Source: Atractiella rhizophila
Taxonomy: Eukaryota
Assembly: GCA_021432655.1 (NCBI GenBank)
Contig: MU271228.1
Location: 113,935-133,934 of the forward strand
DNA length: 20,000 nt
Direction of reading: 5' to 3'
The translations under genes and the position numbers were made by a program. Below, piece after piece: positions 9,742-19,922 of the stretch. Position 1 is the stretch's first letter. Every line of letters starts with the position of its first letter. The notes under the pieces are model-generated. The model saw only the letters and a program-made list of their open reading frames with translations. It was not told where the DNA came from and did no database searches.

Positions 9742-12544
9742 ATGACCTCCATCTTGACACCGTCGGCTTCTCGCCTGCGATTGCCAGGCTCCAAAACGCC
9801 AAGGATCAGCGTACCGTCTGCCCTACGCGCTCCGTCCACTCTCACGAGCAAAGGAGCACCCACCAACGCCTCTGCGAACACAGTACGCACGCAACCAAGG
9901 GCAGTGTCGAATCCGAACGCGGTCAGTGGCACGATAGAAGAGGAAAAAGAAGGATTGAGCGATGATGATTTCGAGTTTGTCGAACGTACTGTAGCTAGGG
10001 ACTTGTTGGGGACAGAGAGGAAGAAGAAAGTACAGGTACGCGAACTTACCTTTAGGAAGAAAGAGAAGGAAAAAGATAAGACTGTTCCCAACTCTGCAAC
10101 CACAAAAACAATGGTTGGAGGTCTTGTCCCAAGAAAAACGATTGGAGGAGGACTCATGCCCCCTCCGTCTCCTGGAAGTGGAAATGGGGCGAACAAGAAG
10201 CCATTCTTATCCACTTCCAAGCCTCCTCCATCCCCAACTCCATCAGCAGCGTCCACATCTGCATCTCCACAGAGCAGCATAGTCCCTCCCACTCCCACTC
10301 CAATGGCATCTGGCCTCCGTCCCCCTCGGACGTTGCACAAGCGCAACTCTGCAGAACTGCTCCGTCGTCCGCAACAGCCAACTCACGCGCCTGATAACTT
10401 GATACCATCTATGGATGAAGATGATGTGACTATTCGTCTGGATGGACGTTCAACAACACCTGCATTCACCCCGCCGCGTGCACTCCATCCTCCGACCACA
10501 ACCGGCAGGGCATTACCCCAACCTCCTCCATCAACAAACATCAAACCACCAGCGTCGGTAATGCAATCAAAACTAGGTCTCCCTCGTCCAAAGGGTCGAG
10601 TATCTGCCATTCCTCGTCCTCCATCCGTCGCTGGTTCCGTAAGGAGTGTCTCCAGCAATATCAGTCGAGGGACGACGCTGACATCTCAGGCACGTACCAC
10701 TCCACCAACTTCTGTTTCGACGCGACCCAAAGCGCCAAGTACCATCGTTAACACATCGAAAACCAGTCGCGTCGTCTCGTCTTCTCGAAAGGAGAGGGAA
10801 GAGCCAAGCGACCTCTCTGTGCCGAGGAAGAGACCCCCAAAGGCTAGAGTTGCGAGTGGGACGAGAGAAAGTGTGGCTGATTACAAGAAAAGGAGGAGTG
10901 CGGTGCTCGGTGTCAATTACATGGAGGGAGCGGATGGGAAAGAAAATGCCAACGGTGGAGGTAGTGCTGTGAGGAACGGGAGACCAAAGATTGCGGCGAA
11001 GGCGAGCACGAATTTGAGGGAGCTAGTGGAGTCTATGGAGCTAGGTACATCATCTTGCCCTTTCTCAGTTTGTCCAAGCTGATATCTACTGAACAGGAAA
11101 ATCTCAATCTGGTCGGCCTATGTCGTTATTTAGTATCAACCCTCCAGCCCTCGAAAACCGTCCATCTTCTCTGTTTTCCATTCCTCCCCCTCCAGGAGAA
11201 GCATACAACTTTGTCTCGGCACGCCCTGACTCCCTCTTCCGAACAAGCATGATGCGCACTCCTTCTCCCACCTCCCCACCACCGATGATGCCCGCGTTAC
11301 CGTCAGTCATCCCCGCTGCTCCGCCGAATTTCTCCCTCTCCGCATCCACAGCTACATCGAACGGTCGCGGGTTCTCAGAGGCAGACCTCGCTAGTTCACC
11401 TGGCACTTTCTCTCCAAGACGGAGCATGGCGATGCAGATGGAGGAGATGAGTCTTGCCCTCGCTACTCCGCCAATGCCTGGAGGAGAAGGGAGCTGGCAG
11501 AAAATGACTGGCGACCTCCTCAATTTGACCGTCAGTCGTCCATCCCTTCATCTCAATCCATCATCGAACGCGGGCGACAAAACTCCTGGACCCTCTGGAC
11601 GACGGAATGTGTGGACGGGACAAAAGCTGGAACCTCATTCAGAGGCGACGGAAGGGGAAGAGACGGAAATAGCTATGGCTAGCCCCACCTTGATTCATAA
11701 CCCAGGAGGAGTAGCAAGAGGGAGGATGAGAAGCCCTACGAACACGAGGAAGAAGGGTCTAGTAAAGAGGAAGAGCACAGTCAGCCCTAGGCAAAGCATG
11801 ATGGGAATAGCCATGGAAGGCAACCGAGCGTCCAGGATCATTTCTCCCAGACAGAGCATGATGTCTATTTCTTCCACTTCATCAGGTGGCGGTGGTGGGG
11901 AAAGAAGGGGCATGGGAATTCCTCAGGGCATGGAGCTCGTATCGCCTGTCATGCCCGTCTCGATGGGAACGGTACAGGAGGGAATGGGTGTGGGAAATCG
12001 ACAGTCTCCAGTCATGGACGCACGCATGATGAACCGCCAATCCGTTTACCTACCGTCATCGACAAGCATGGACACACTACCTCCTATTACGATTCCATCC
12101 CCGCCAATGGCTCCTCTGCCTAACACCCCAAGTTCTCCACCACGCGTTGAGGTTCGCATAGAAACGAAGATCGTGGACCCCAATCCAGAACTTGCAGCTG
12201 AGAACGAATCTCTCAAAACCAAGCTATCCTCCCAAGCCTCCCAGCTGTCGTCCGTCGAGTTACGTCTCACCTCCACGGAAAGTGCCAAGCTGCAGATGCA
12301 ATCCCGTCTTTCGGCAGTGGAAACAGAGAAGGAAGAGTTGATGGATCTGCTCGATAAACAAAGAGACGCACTAGAGAGGCTGAGGGAAGAAAAGAGGGAG
12401 AGGGAGAGGGGTTATTGGAAGGAACTGAAGGAAAAGGCTAGGAGGGAGAGGGAGGAATGTGTGGGGAAAAGGGAGATGCTGATGGTGCTTGGAATGGGTT
12501 TGGAGCATTGGAAGTCAGTCGTGGAGCAGTTCGCGGAGGCTTAA
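9742..12544 (+). CDS. Uncharacterised Pro/Ser/Arg-rich low-complexity protein with C-terminal coiled coil. Exons 9742-11044 and 11097-12544 (916 aa)
   Basis: Intron 11045-11096 (GTACAT..CTGAT/CTGAA..CAG) joins ORF 9742-11082 to ORF 11120-12544 in frame (MELG|KSQSGRPMSLF). The last ~110 aa are E/K/R/L heptad-rich. Many SP/TP sites. Confidence 0.8.
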
Positions 12545-13046
12545 TTTCGTCCATCGTTTCGTATTTCTTGAAAGTGAAAGTCGAAGTGCAAGTCAAGAGT
12601 GCTGTGGTTCATTTCTCTCTGTTAGTTGTGTGCAGTGTACATTATACCGCAGTATGTGCAGAGGGTCTAATCAAATGGGACTTCTGATTCTCGACTCCGA
12701 GCTCCTCAGGCTCCCAATCAACTTTCGTGAGGTAGGGCAGGTCAAGAACTTGAAACCATTCATGTTCATAATGTGCTCGGTTTGCTCTTCCTGCCTCCAT
12801 CGTGATACAACCAGCTCAACGTGAAAAAGAAAGATATTTGTATTTGGCTTCGTTTCATGGATTTTCAACCAGTAAGTTGAAGAAAACAATGATGAGGACA
12901 CGCATTTCTTCGCAACAATCACGCGTCCCGCTTTGTTCCGCTTACATTGTTCGCCATAAATAAATAATCGTTATCAGCCAGCTTATCGTTGCACTCTTTT
13001 CTCCTTCAACAAATTCCCTCACATTCTTGCACTTTCGCAATTCAAA

Positions 13047-15020
13047 ATGCGAGTTTATCGCGTTCTTCGCTCAGCAGCCGGTGCAGCCTCAACGTCTCAC
13101 GCCGTCCCACATCCACTGCTTATTACGCCATCCCTACTCTCCTCCCAACTCGCACGTTCGTCTAATGGCCAACGAATCAAGATCCTTGATGCCTCTTGGC
13201 ACATGCCCAACTCTCAACGTAATGCTTTAACGGATTACAAGGCACGGCGATTACCGGGTGCTGCTTTCTGGGATGTGGATAGTGTAGCTACAGTGTCGGA
13301 GGAGGGAGAGAAGATGGGATTGAAACATATGTTGCCGAGTGCTGAAAGGTTTGGAGAGGAATGTGAGAGGTTAGGTATTGGGAGGGATACGAAAGTTGTT
13401 GTTTATGATAGCGTTGGGACTTGGAGTGCTCCGAGGACGTTGTGGACTTTTAAGGTACGTTCTTTTCCTTTGGAAACAAATTAAAGTGCAGAAGAGGTTG
13501 GTTATGAGCGAAGAGCTGCACACATGTCTGAACTTCGTGATGCAAACGCCAAACTTTCGTTTCATTCGATTCGTTGCGATGATTATGTTAGTTGCAGGAC
13601 GAGTAGTTTGTCCTATTTCTCATTCAAATAGCATACGGTTTTTTAGAATCCTTCACACCATACGATGGCCTGCTATGACATTTGTTATTATTCTACACGC
13701 ATGAGGAAAGTCAGAGTGTTCCTATATCCCGATATTCATGATCATGGTCGATTGTTATACGGGTGATAGCTCTCTCACCCCTTGTGTGTACTTAAGTCGC
13801 TTCGACCGCAATAATTGTGCTATTTTTCCGTCGTTGAAGATAGACCAGGGCAGTATTATGCATTTAAGACTAGTTTCTGGCTGTATATCATTCCAAGGCA
13901 GGGCAGTATTATGCATTTAAGACTAGATTCTGGCTGTATATCATTCCAAGGGGTGAATGGTCATATGAATGGAAGTGTTTACTCACTCAACCATTATTCC
14001 TCAGGCTCAAACCCAGAACTCTGCATTCCAACAAAGGAGTGAGCTGCTTAATGTAGACGCACAATCTCCAGTCACCTGTTTTGTGTTGAAATGACGCATT
14101 CCTCATTCCGTTCGTTCCCTGTTGCTGCCTGAGGATGTCACATCTTGCAACATGCGCCGTTAGAAACTGTCTTATCGTGGTTAACATTACATTCGCAGGC
14201 ATTCGGACATGCTGATGCTTGCATTCTCGACGGCGGATTACCGCGGTGGCTAGCAGAGGGATTTGAAGTGGACGACTCCTCTGAGACGGGAAGGCGAACA
14301 TTGACAGTAAGCCCTTTCTTGAGTTGACGGTTCAAATTAAGTTGTATCTCTAGCCAAAATCAACGAGCTACTCAACACCAGAACTATTGAAGTCGTTCGT
14401 CCGTGACTACCCTTTCATGGTTGAGAATTCCAAGTTCGACCTCGTAGAGGATGGAGAGGGAGGCGGTCAGCTTGTACTTGATGCTAGGGCGAAGGGTCGG
14501 TGCGGCTCTCATTTCCTAGAAACAATCACCACTTGTTTACATCTCCTACTTTACTGTCAGGTTTGATGGAACTGCGCCAGAGCCTCGCCCCAATTTATCA
14601 AGTGGTCACATCCCAAATTCAATAAACCTCCCCTTTACCGATCTGTTAACGCCACCGAGCGACACGAATCCCCCGTACCAGACTCTACTTCCGCAAGACG
14701 AGCTGAGAAAAGTGTTTGAGAGGACGATGGGTTCGTTTCCCTCTAAAGAGTAGGGCAAAGGAAGTTGAGACAGGCTTTCTAGAACGATATAATATTCCAC
14801 CATCATCTCTGACAACCAGAAATTTCGTGACGACGTGCGGCTCGGGTATGACGGCTGCAATCATCTGGCTTGCTCTGCAAGTCGCGGGATTAAAACCAGA
14901 CCAAGTTGGTCTGTATGACGAAGTGAGTTCGACTTGCTCCATACGTTCAATATCTAATTCGATGTCCAGAGTTGGACAGGCTACGCCGCAAGAAAGGAAA
15001 GCAAAATTGTGAAGTCCTGA
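13047..15020 (+). CDS. TUM1: Two-domain rhodanese: 3-mercaptopyruvate/thiosulfate sulfurtransferase (Tum1/MPST-like), probable mitochondrial presequence. Exons 13047-13454, 14199-14306, 14354-14499, 14561-14730, 14783-14922, 14970-15020 (340 aa)
   Basis: ILDASWHMPN, RLPGAAFWDVD, HMLPS, VVVYDSVGTWSAPRTLWTFK|AFGH, ILDGGLPRW, VLDARAKGRFDGTAPEPRP..SSGHIPNS, active-site loop TTCGSGMTAA, and C-terminal LYDESWTGY. Five GT-AG introns give a continuous frame. Confidence 0.93.
13846..13951. repeat. Direct tandem duplication, 2 x 53 bp, one mismatch, inside intron 1 of the sulfurtransferase
   Basis: Unit CAGGGCAGTATTATGCATTTAAGACTAG(T/A)TTCTGGCTGTATATCATTCCAAGG at 13846-13898 and 13899-13951. Confidence 0.95.
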
Positions 15021-15070
15021 AAGTCGCTACTCTGCGATCATCATTGTATAATAGGCTTGAAAGAAAACAT

Positions 15071-15651
15071 TTAGCACTCTGCACTGGAAAATTTGCGGTC
15101 GATCCACTCCAAAATGGTTTTGTGAGCCTGCTTTGCTCCATCACTTGGCTTTCACCCAGTATTAATTTGAGCGAAACGTCCACACCAGCCGCTTTCAAAC
15201 TCCTCTCCGTCTCCTCACTCTCTTCCTTCAATACCAGCGAATCGTGGTCCCCATGTATAAGCAACGTGGAGGAGAATCTTTCTGGCCATAGTTGAGGGAA
15301 CAACTTCTTCTCCTCCGACTTGAGAAAAGCGATTCGTCCTTCTTTGCACATCATCGAGAATGTCATCTAAGTACTCCAGATTAGTATTTGAGACTGGAGA
15401 CATTGACAGCCTGTGTGCTTGGGCAATAGGGAATATCCAGCTGATAAAAAGACCCATCCCTTCTCCAGCGAAGCATCTGCAAGCCAATAAGGGAAGATAG
15501 GATTCTGTCCGCGATCACCGCTGACGATTCCGCCTCCATGAAAGACGAGGATGGTAGGATGTTTTCCTTGAGCACCTGCAGGGACATAGGCGTCTACCTT
15601 CGCATTGGGGCGACTGCCATAAGTTACAGTGAGAGTAAGCGCAGGCGTCAT
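15071..15651 (-). pseudogene. Pseudogenised paralog of the alpha/beta hydrolase at 17536-18543, with two frameshifting internal deletions
   Basis: The N-terminus MTPALTLTVTYGSRPNAKVDAYVP..FHGGGIVSGDRGQNPIFPYWLAD..LLPKHTG and an intron in the same position (15407-15367) match the intact copy. After DILDDVQ it jumps out of frame to EGRIAFLKSEEKKLFPQLWPERF..HGDHDS..EESEETERSLKAAGVDVSLKLI. It jumps again to KPSDGAKQAHKTILEWIDRKFSSAEC* (compare PSAEGKEAHAAIFAWIVKTFS*). Confidence 0.88.
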
Positions 15652-17535
15652 CGTTTATCTGAAGCTGTATCAGGAAACTTCGCCATCGCAACAAGCGAAA
15701 TAGCTTACCTTTATACTTGAAGAACCATTGACCTTGATGACCTGTCTGCTGAAGGATAAGCGCATAGAACCCGCCTGCGTCCGCCTTGTTAACGGATATA
15801 TGTAGCTTGACAATCATATTTTTGGCTGAAGGATTCGGAAGGAATCAATCACAGAAATTTATCAGTCCATGAACAACGGGGTTGAGCGGTTGACTATAAT
15901 GCACGATAAGTTCAAAGATTGCTGCCTTGGATGGCGAAAACGAATGCCACATTGACGGACTAGTTCCAGCGTGCTAGAGCCTTACCACTGTCATGCTCAA
16001 CGAAAGTTCAGAGAAAGGAAAGACGGCAAATCATTCATCCATTTTTTACAGAACGCAAACGATGGGGATAGTCCAGAGATGGCATTTAACTGGATTCCTT
16101 GAAATATCGAAGTACAACGGGCAATACCCTTCTCAATCCTTTTTATCAGTGCTCGATGACGGGCTCCTCTGGCAATCCAAAAAGGCGAGGAATGCAAATA
16201 CAGAAAGAAAAGAGTTTGAGGCAAGCCTGCAACACAGCAGCTCACTCTGCCACAGTAGATAGATAGTTGCAATGCGAAACAGGTGACAAGCTGGGGATTG
16301 AGGAGAAAAGCTAAAGGTTTCTCACCCTCCTGTGGCATAAAACTTAAGCGCTAGTATTCCTGCTCACGTAGAGCTATATTATGAGCTGTATTCCTCCTCA
16401 CTTACATAGAGAGAAGCGCAAGGTAAGGATCAAAGACGACATAACCACTAGTCTAGATACACTTTACACTTCTCTCGTTCAAAGGTGTTCACATCAGTTT
16501 CCGTCGCTTTTCGTTTCCAAATCACAAATATTTGAGGGTAATATGCGTGCAAATATGTATTTCACAAGCTGTGAAAGAGTGACAAAAAATTATAGCGCAA
16601 GTCCCCCGAAAGAGACTTCGCGCCTAAGCAAATATTCAGACCCGTGCCAACGCGATGCGCCGTCACTAATATGGGACTCCCGTGGGTCGTTTGGGTCACC
16701 GTGCAATGCACGAGTCCCATACCAGACACCCAGGTTTCTTGAGCCCCAGAAGCCAGGTCAAGGTAAGTATGAAGATTTCAACTTGACCTTCCTCCCTTTT
16801 TATATCTTTCGCAAGCACACAAGGTTGTCGGAATTTGTTTGCAAAGCCACTCCTCAAAAAGGAAATTCGTGGCTGCCAATTCATTTATCGCCGATATTTC
16901 ACCACGTCGCATTTTTCTAACGTGTGCCTTCAATGTTGATTTGATTTGGTCTCCAGTCAGCTCAAGCAAGTTTTGACGGGCGTGGAAACCAGCATACAAC
17001 ATAGCATACAACATCCCCGTACCACATTTGTTCCCCAAACACACTAACCATATACAAGATTTTCTTTTTTCATGTCTTTTGACGCGCTGAGTGAGAAAAC
17101 ATGCTGCACCGATGATGGCAGGACCCTTTTTTCACACTAAATATTTTCATCGCTTCTTGCAGAACTGGACCCATGGTTCTTTGCGGAAAATTATGTCGGA
17201 ACAAAAGGCACCGTCTATGCCCGCCTGCATCTCAACATCAACTGTTGGTCAGCATTCTAATGAGCAGTTCGGCCACAGTCAGATGTCTGTTTGGAAAGGA
17301 GCATCCATTCGCTCGAGCTTGCTATTCGGTGTGCTGAGTCCGTGGCTGACATCTTTCCACTCCACATCTCGGCAAGAGCGGAGACCGCGTTCTCTGCTAT
17401 GCGCAGGAGTAGTCATTTGTAGCGCTCACTCCAGACGCGAAGGAGGCATTTAAAAAGGAAGTCCCTTCTAGCTTCCATCCCAATACTGAATCACAGGAAC
17501 TTCAAACACACGTATCAGAAATCCACCCACCGACG

Positions 17536-18543
17536 ATGACGCCTCCTCCCACTTTCACATCGACGTATGGCAGTCGCCCCAATTCAAAGGTTGATGTCTA
17601 CCTTCCTTCGGCTGCGCAAGGAAAGCTTCCCACCGTTCTCTTTTTTCACGGAGGGGGAATCGTCACTGGTGATCGCGGCCAAAACCCGATCTTCTCCTAC
17701 TGGCTTGCAGATGGGACGTTAGAGAAGGGATGGGTCTTCTTATCGGCTGGGTATTCCCTACTACCTAAACATACAGGCTGTCAGTGCCTCGCTCTTTGAG
17801 GTTAAAAAGACTGATCTAGAGTATGTCTTTAGACGACATCCTCGATGATGTGCAAACATTACTGAAATACCTGCGAGATAACGAGGAAGAGCTTCACGTC
17901 GACAGCCAGAAGATTATTGTAGTGGGCGCTTCAGGAGGAGCTGTACCAGGTCGACTCGCTGCGGCATGGGCAGAACCGAAGCCACTTGGATTCGTGAGCA
18001 TGTTTGGGATGAGTGGAGATTGGTTTTTGGTTCGTTCCAGTTTTCTTGTCACAAACAACTGGTCATGAATGAACTTTTTTGCAGGATCACTGGGTTCAGA
18101 AGCACGACAATCCCCCCGCCCTCTGCGCTTCGCTAGGCCAAAATCGTACAAACTACACTCTCGTAGAGTATTACGAAGATGGATCGTATCTCGACCATTT
18201 TCTGGGTCGAGAAATATCCTCAATTCTTCGCTCCACATCGGATAGGGAAGGACGGCTCGCCGCGCTAAACGAAGACGAACGAAAACTCTTTCCTCAGTTG
18301 TGGGCTGAACGATTCCCTCCAACTTTCCTAGCCCATGGGATCCTGGATTCCGTCGTCCCGAAGGAGGAGAGTGAAGAGACAGAACGGAGTCTGAAAGCGG
18401 CTGGCGTGGATGTCTCCCTGAGATTAGTAGAAGGAGTGGAGCACGGCTTCTTGCAAGAGAAGGATGGAGCGGTAGTTCCTTCAGCAGAAGGGAAGGAAGC
18501 TCATGCCGCTATCTTTGCATGGATTGTCAAAACTTTTTCTTAA
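17536..18543 (+). CDS. Alpha/beta hydrolase, HGGG-type esterase/lipase (Abhydrolase_3/HSL-like). Exons 17536-17779, 17833-18029, 18085-18543 (299 aa)
   Basis: Oxyanion motif FFHGGG, nucleophile elbow VVGASGGA, acid AHGILDSVVP and His VEGVEHGF. Introns 17780-17832 (GTCAGT..CTGAT..TAG) and 18030-18084 (GTTCGT..CAG) restore the frame (HTGYDILDDVQ; DWFL|DHWV). Confidence 0.9.
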
Positions 18544-18684
18544 ATAATTTTCAGTCAATAATATGTCTGAGGTACATTACCGTCAAGAAGGTAACAGCTA
18601 ACATCTAAATACACTCCAGCAAGACTCAGGACTTGAAGAATTTGACTTGCTGTCATTACCGACATGTTTATCCACTAACTACGC

Positions 18685-19922
18685 CTACAACTTAAACGTT
18701 TCGCGTTCTGGTCCTTGGTGCCATTCAACCATTGCGACCTTATCTCGGACTGTCCCTTTGGCCAGATACTCGCGATAGTACTCCCACGGCCCCCCAATAT
18801 AACTGTGCTTCTTTCGAAACGTCTCGACGTGACCGCAGCTCTCCCAGCCTATCGACTTGGGCTCAATCCAGCGTCCTTCGAACTTCGCAAAGGGGCAGCA
18901 ATTCATCAGAGCTGCACACTTCACATGAGCCGAGTAGAAAGTATGCGGCGAGAAAACCAACCCCTCATAGGTTCTGTGGAACCAATCACCCAATCATCGT
19001 TATAGCAAACCATCAATGTATCGGTCGAATAGCCCGCCATCCCATCAGGTAAACCTGCCAGCTCCCAAATGTAATCCTTCACCAGCATACCTCCCCACCA
19101 ATCTTCAGCTACACCCAAGGTCATGTCCTCTCCAACGTTCGCCGCTGCACCTGATAGGAAACCACGCTCCCTCGCGGCCGTCAAGGCAGAAGAAACCCGG
19201 CTGCGAGCACTCCCGATCGTTTCCAGCGGATTCTGGTTGCCTTCTTCTCGAGCCAAGTTGTAGCGAATGGAACCATTGAAGGAACCGACGAATAAAGCGC
19301 GGGAAAAGCGAGAGGAGTAAACGACAGGGAGGAGAGTGAAAATGCTTCCTGAACAATCGCTCATCAGTTTATGCAACCTCTCCCCACTTGAACTAGGGTA
19401 GAACGCACCCCCATTACTGTGTCCGCACCATATTAACTCTTCTCCTCGGAAGCGGGTAAAGATAAAGTCGATGGCAGCTTTCATGTCGTTGGCCCAAGAA
19501 TGAATCATGTCCACTTGTGGAGCTGCCTTCAGAGCTTCAATTCTAGATTCGCGCGATCTGAGGTTCACCCCTGGTGGGTAGGATTCACCGACGTAGCGAA
19601 AGGAAAAGACGAAGGTGCCATGGCCGTGATTCGCTAGATACCTGCGTGCATTGATCTTGTTGTAACCTCCACAAAGGAGGGACAGAGGAGAACAAACGTC
19701 GCAAAGCCGAAATAAAATCCTGCCGGTACACCTGAGGCGGGAGCGATGACCACGACGTTCTGCCCGTCATTCAATCAGCATCAAGCAGACATACAACTTT
19801 TATCGACAACCTACCTTCAGAGCTACATCTTTCTTGAAAAACAAGTAGCCCCTGGTTGGAAACGAACCGTCTTCCGTCTTCAGCGCAACAAGTTCCGGAA
19901 AGGGCTGTCCTGCGTCCTGCAT
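18685..19922 (-). CDS. Predicted alpha/beta hydrolase resembling COG4757-type proteins. Exons 19922-19815, 19759-19698, 19641-19409, 19348-18962, 18911-18685 (338 aa)
   Basis: Spliced product: MQDAGQPFPELVALKTEDG..NVVVIAPASGVPAGFYFGFATYLANHGHGTFVFSFRYVGES..WANDMKAAIDFI..IWCGHSNGGSIFTLLP..GEDMTLGVAEDWW..YNDDWVI..WIEPKSIGWESCGHVETFRK. Ser/Asp/His triad candidates are present. Four GT-AG introns of 50-60 nt. Confidence 0.82.

Noticed and set aside
9519..10346. 275-aa antisense ORF and other antisense/alternative-frame ORFs over the long genes
   Set aside because: Shadow ORFs of low-complexity coding sequence with no motifs; most begin at non-ATG codons.
13846..13951. CRISPR-like repeat
   Set aside because: Only two directly abutting units with no spacer, in a eukaryotic intron, and no cas genes.
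14716..14790. Apparent frameshift in the sulfurtransferase
   Set aside because: Fully explained by the canonical 52-nt intron 14731-14782 (GTTCGT..CTAG).
16381..16920. 179-aa ORF as a protein-coding gene
   Set aside because: No recognisable domain, composition looks random, and nothing supports it beyond its length.
4053..19922. Run of metabolic enzymes (IVD, FAD oxidoreductase, SDR, sulfurtransferase, hydrolases) as a biosynthetic or catabolic gene cluster
   Set aside because: There is no backbone enzyme, transporter or transcription factor in the window. IVD and Tum1-like genes are housekeeping, and an unrelated structural-type gene interrupts the run.
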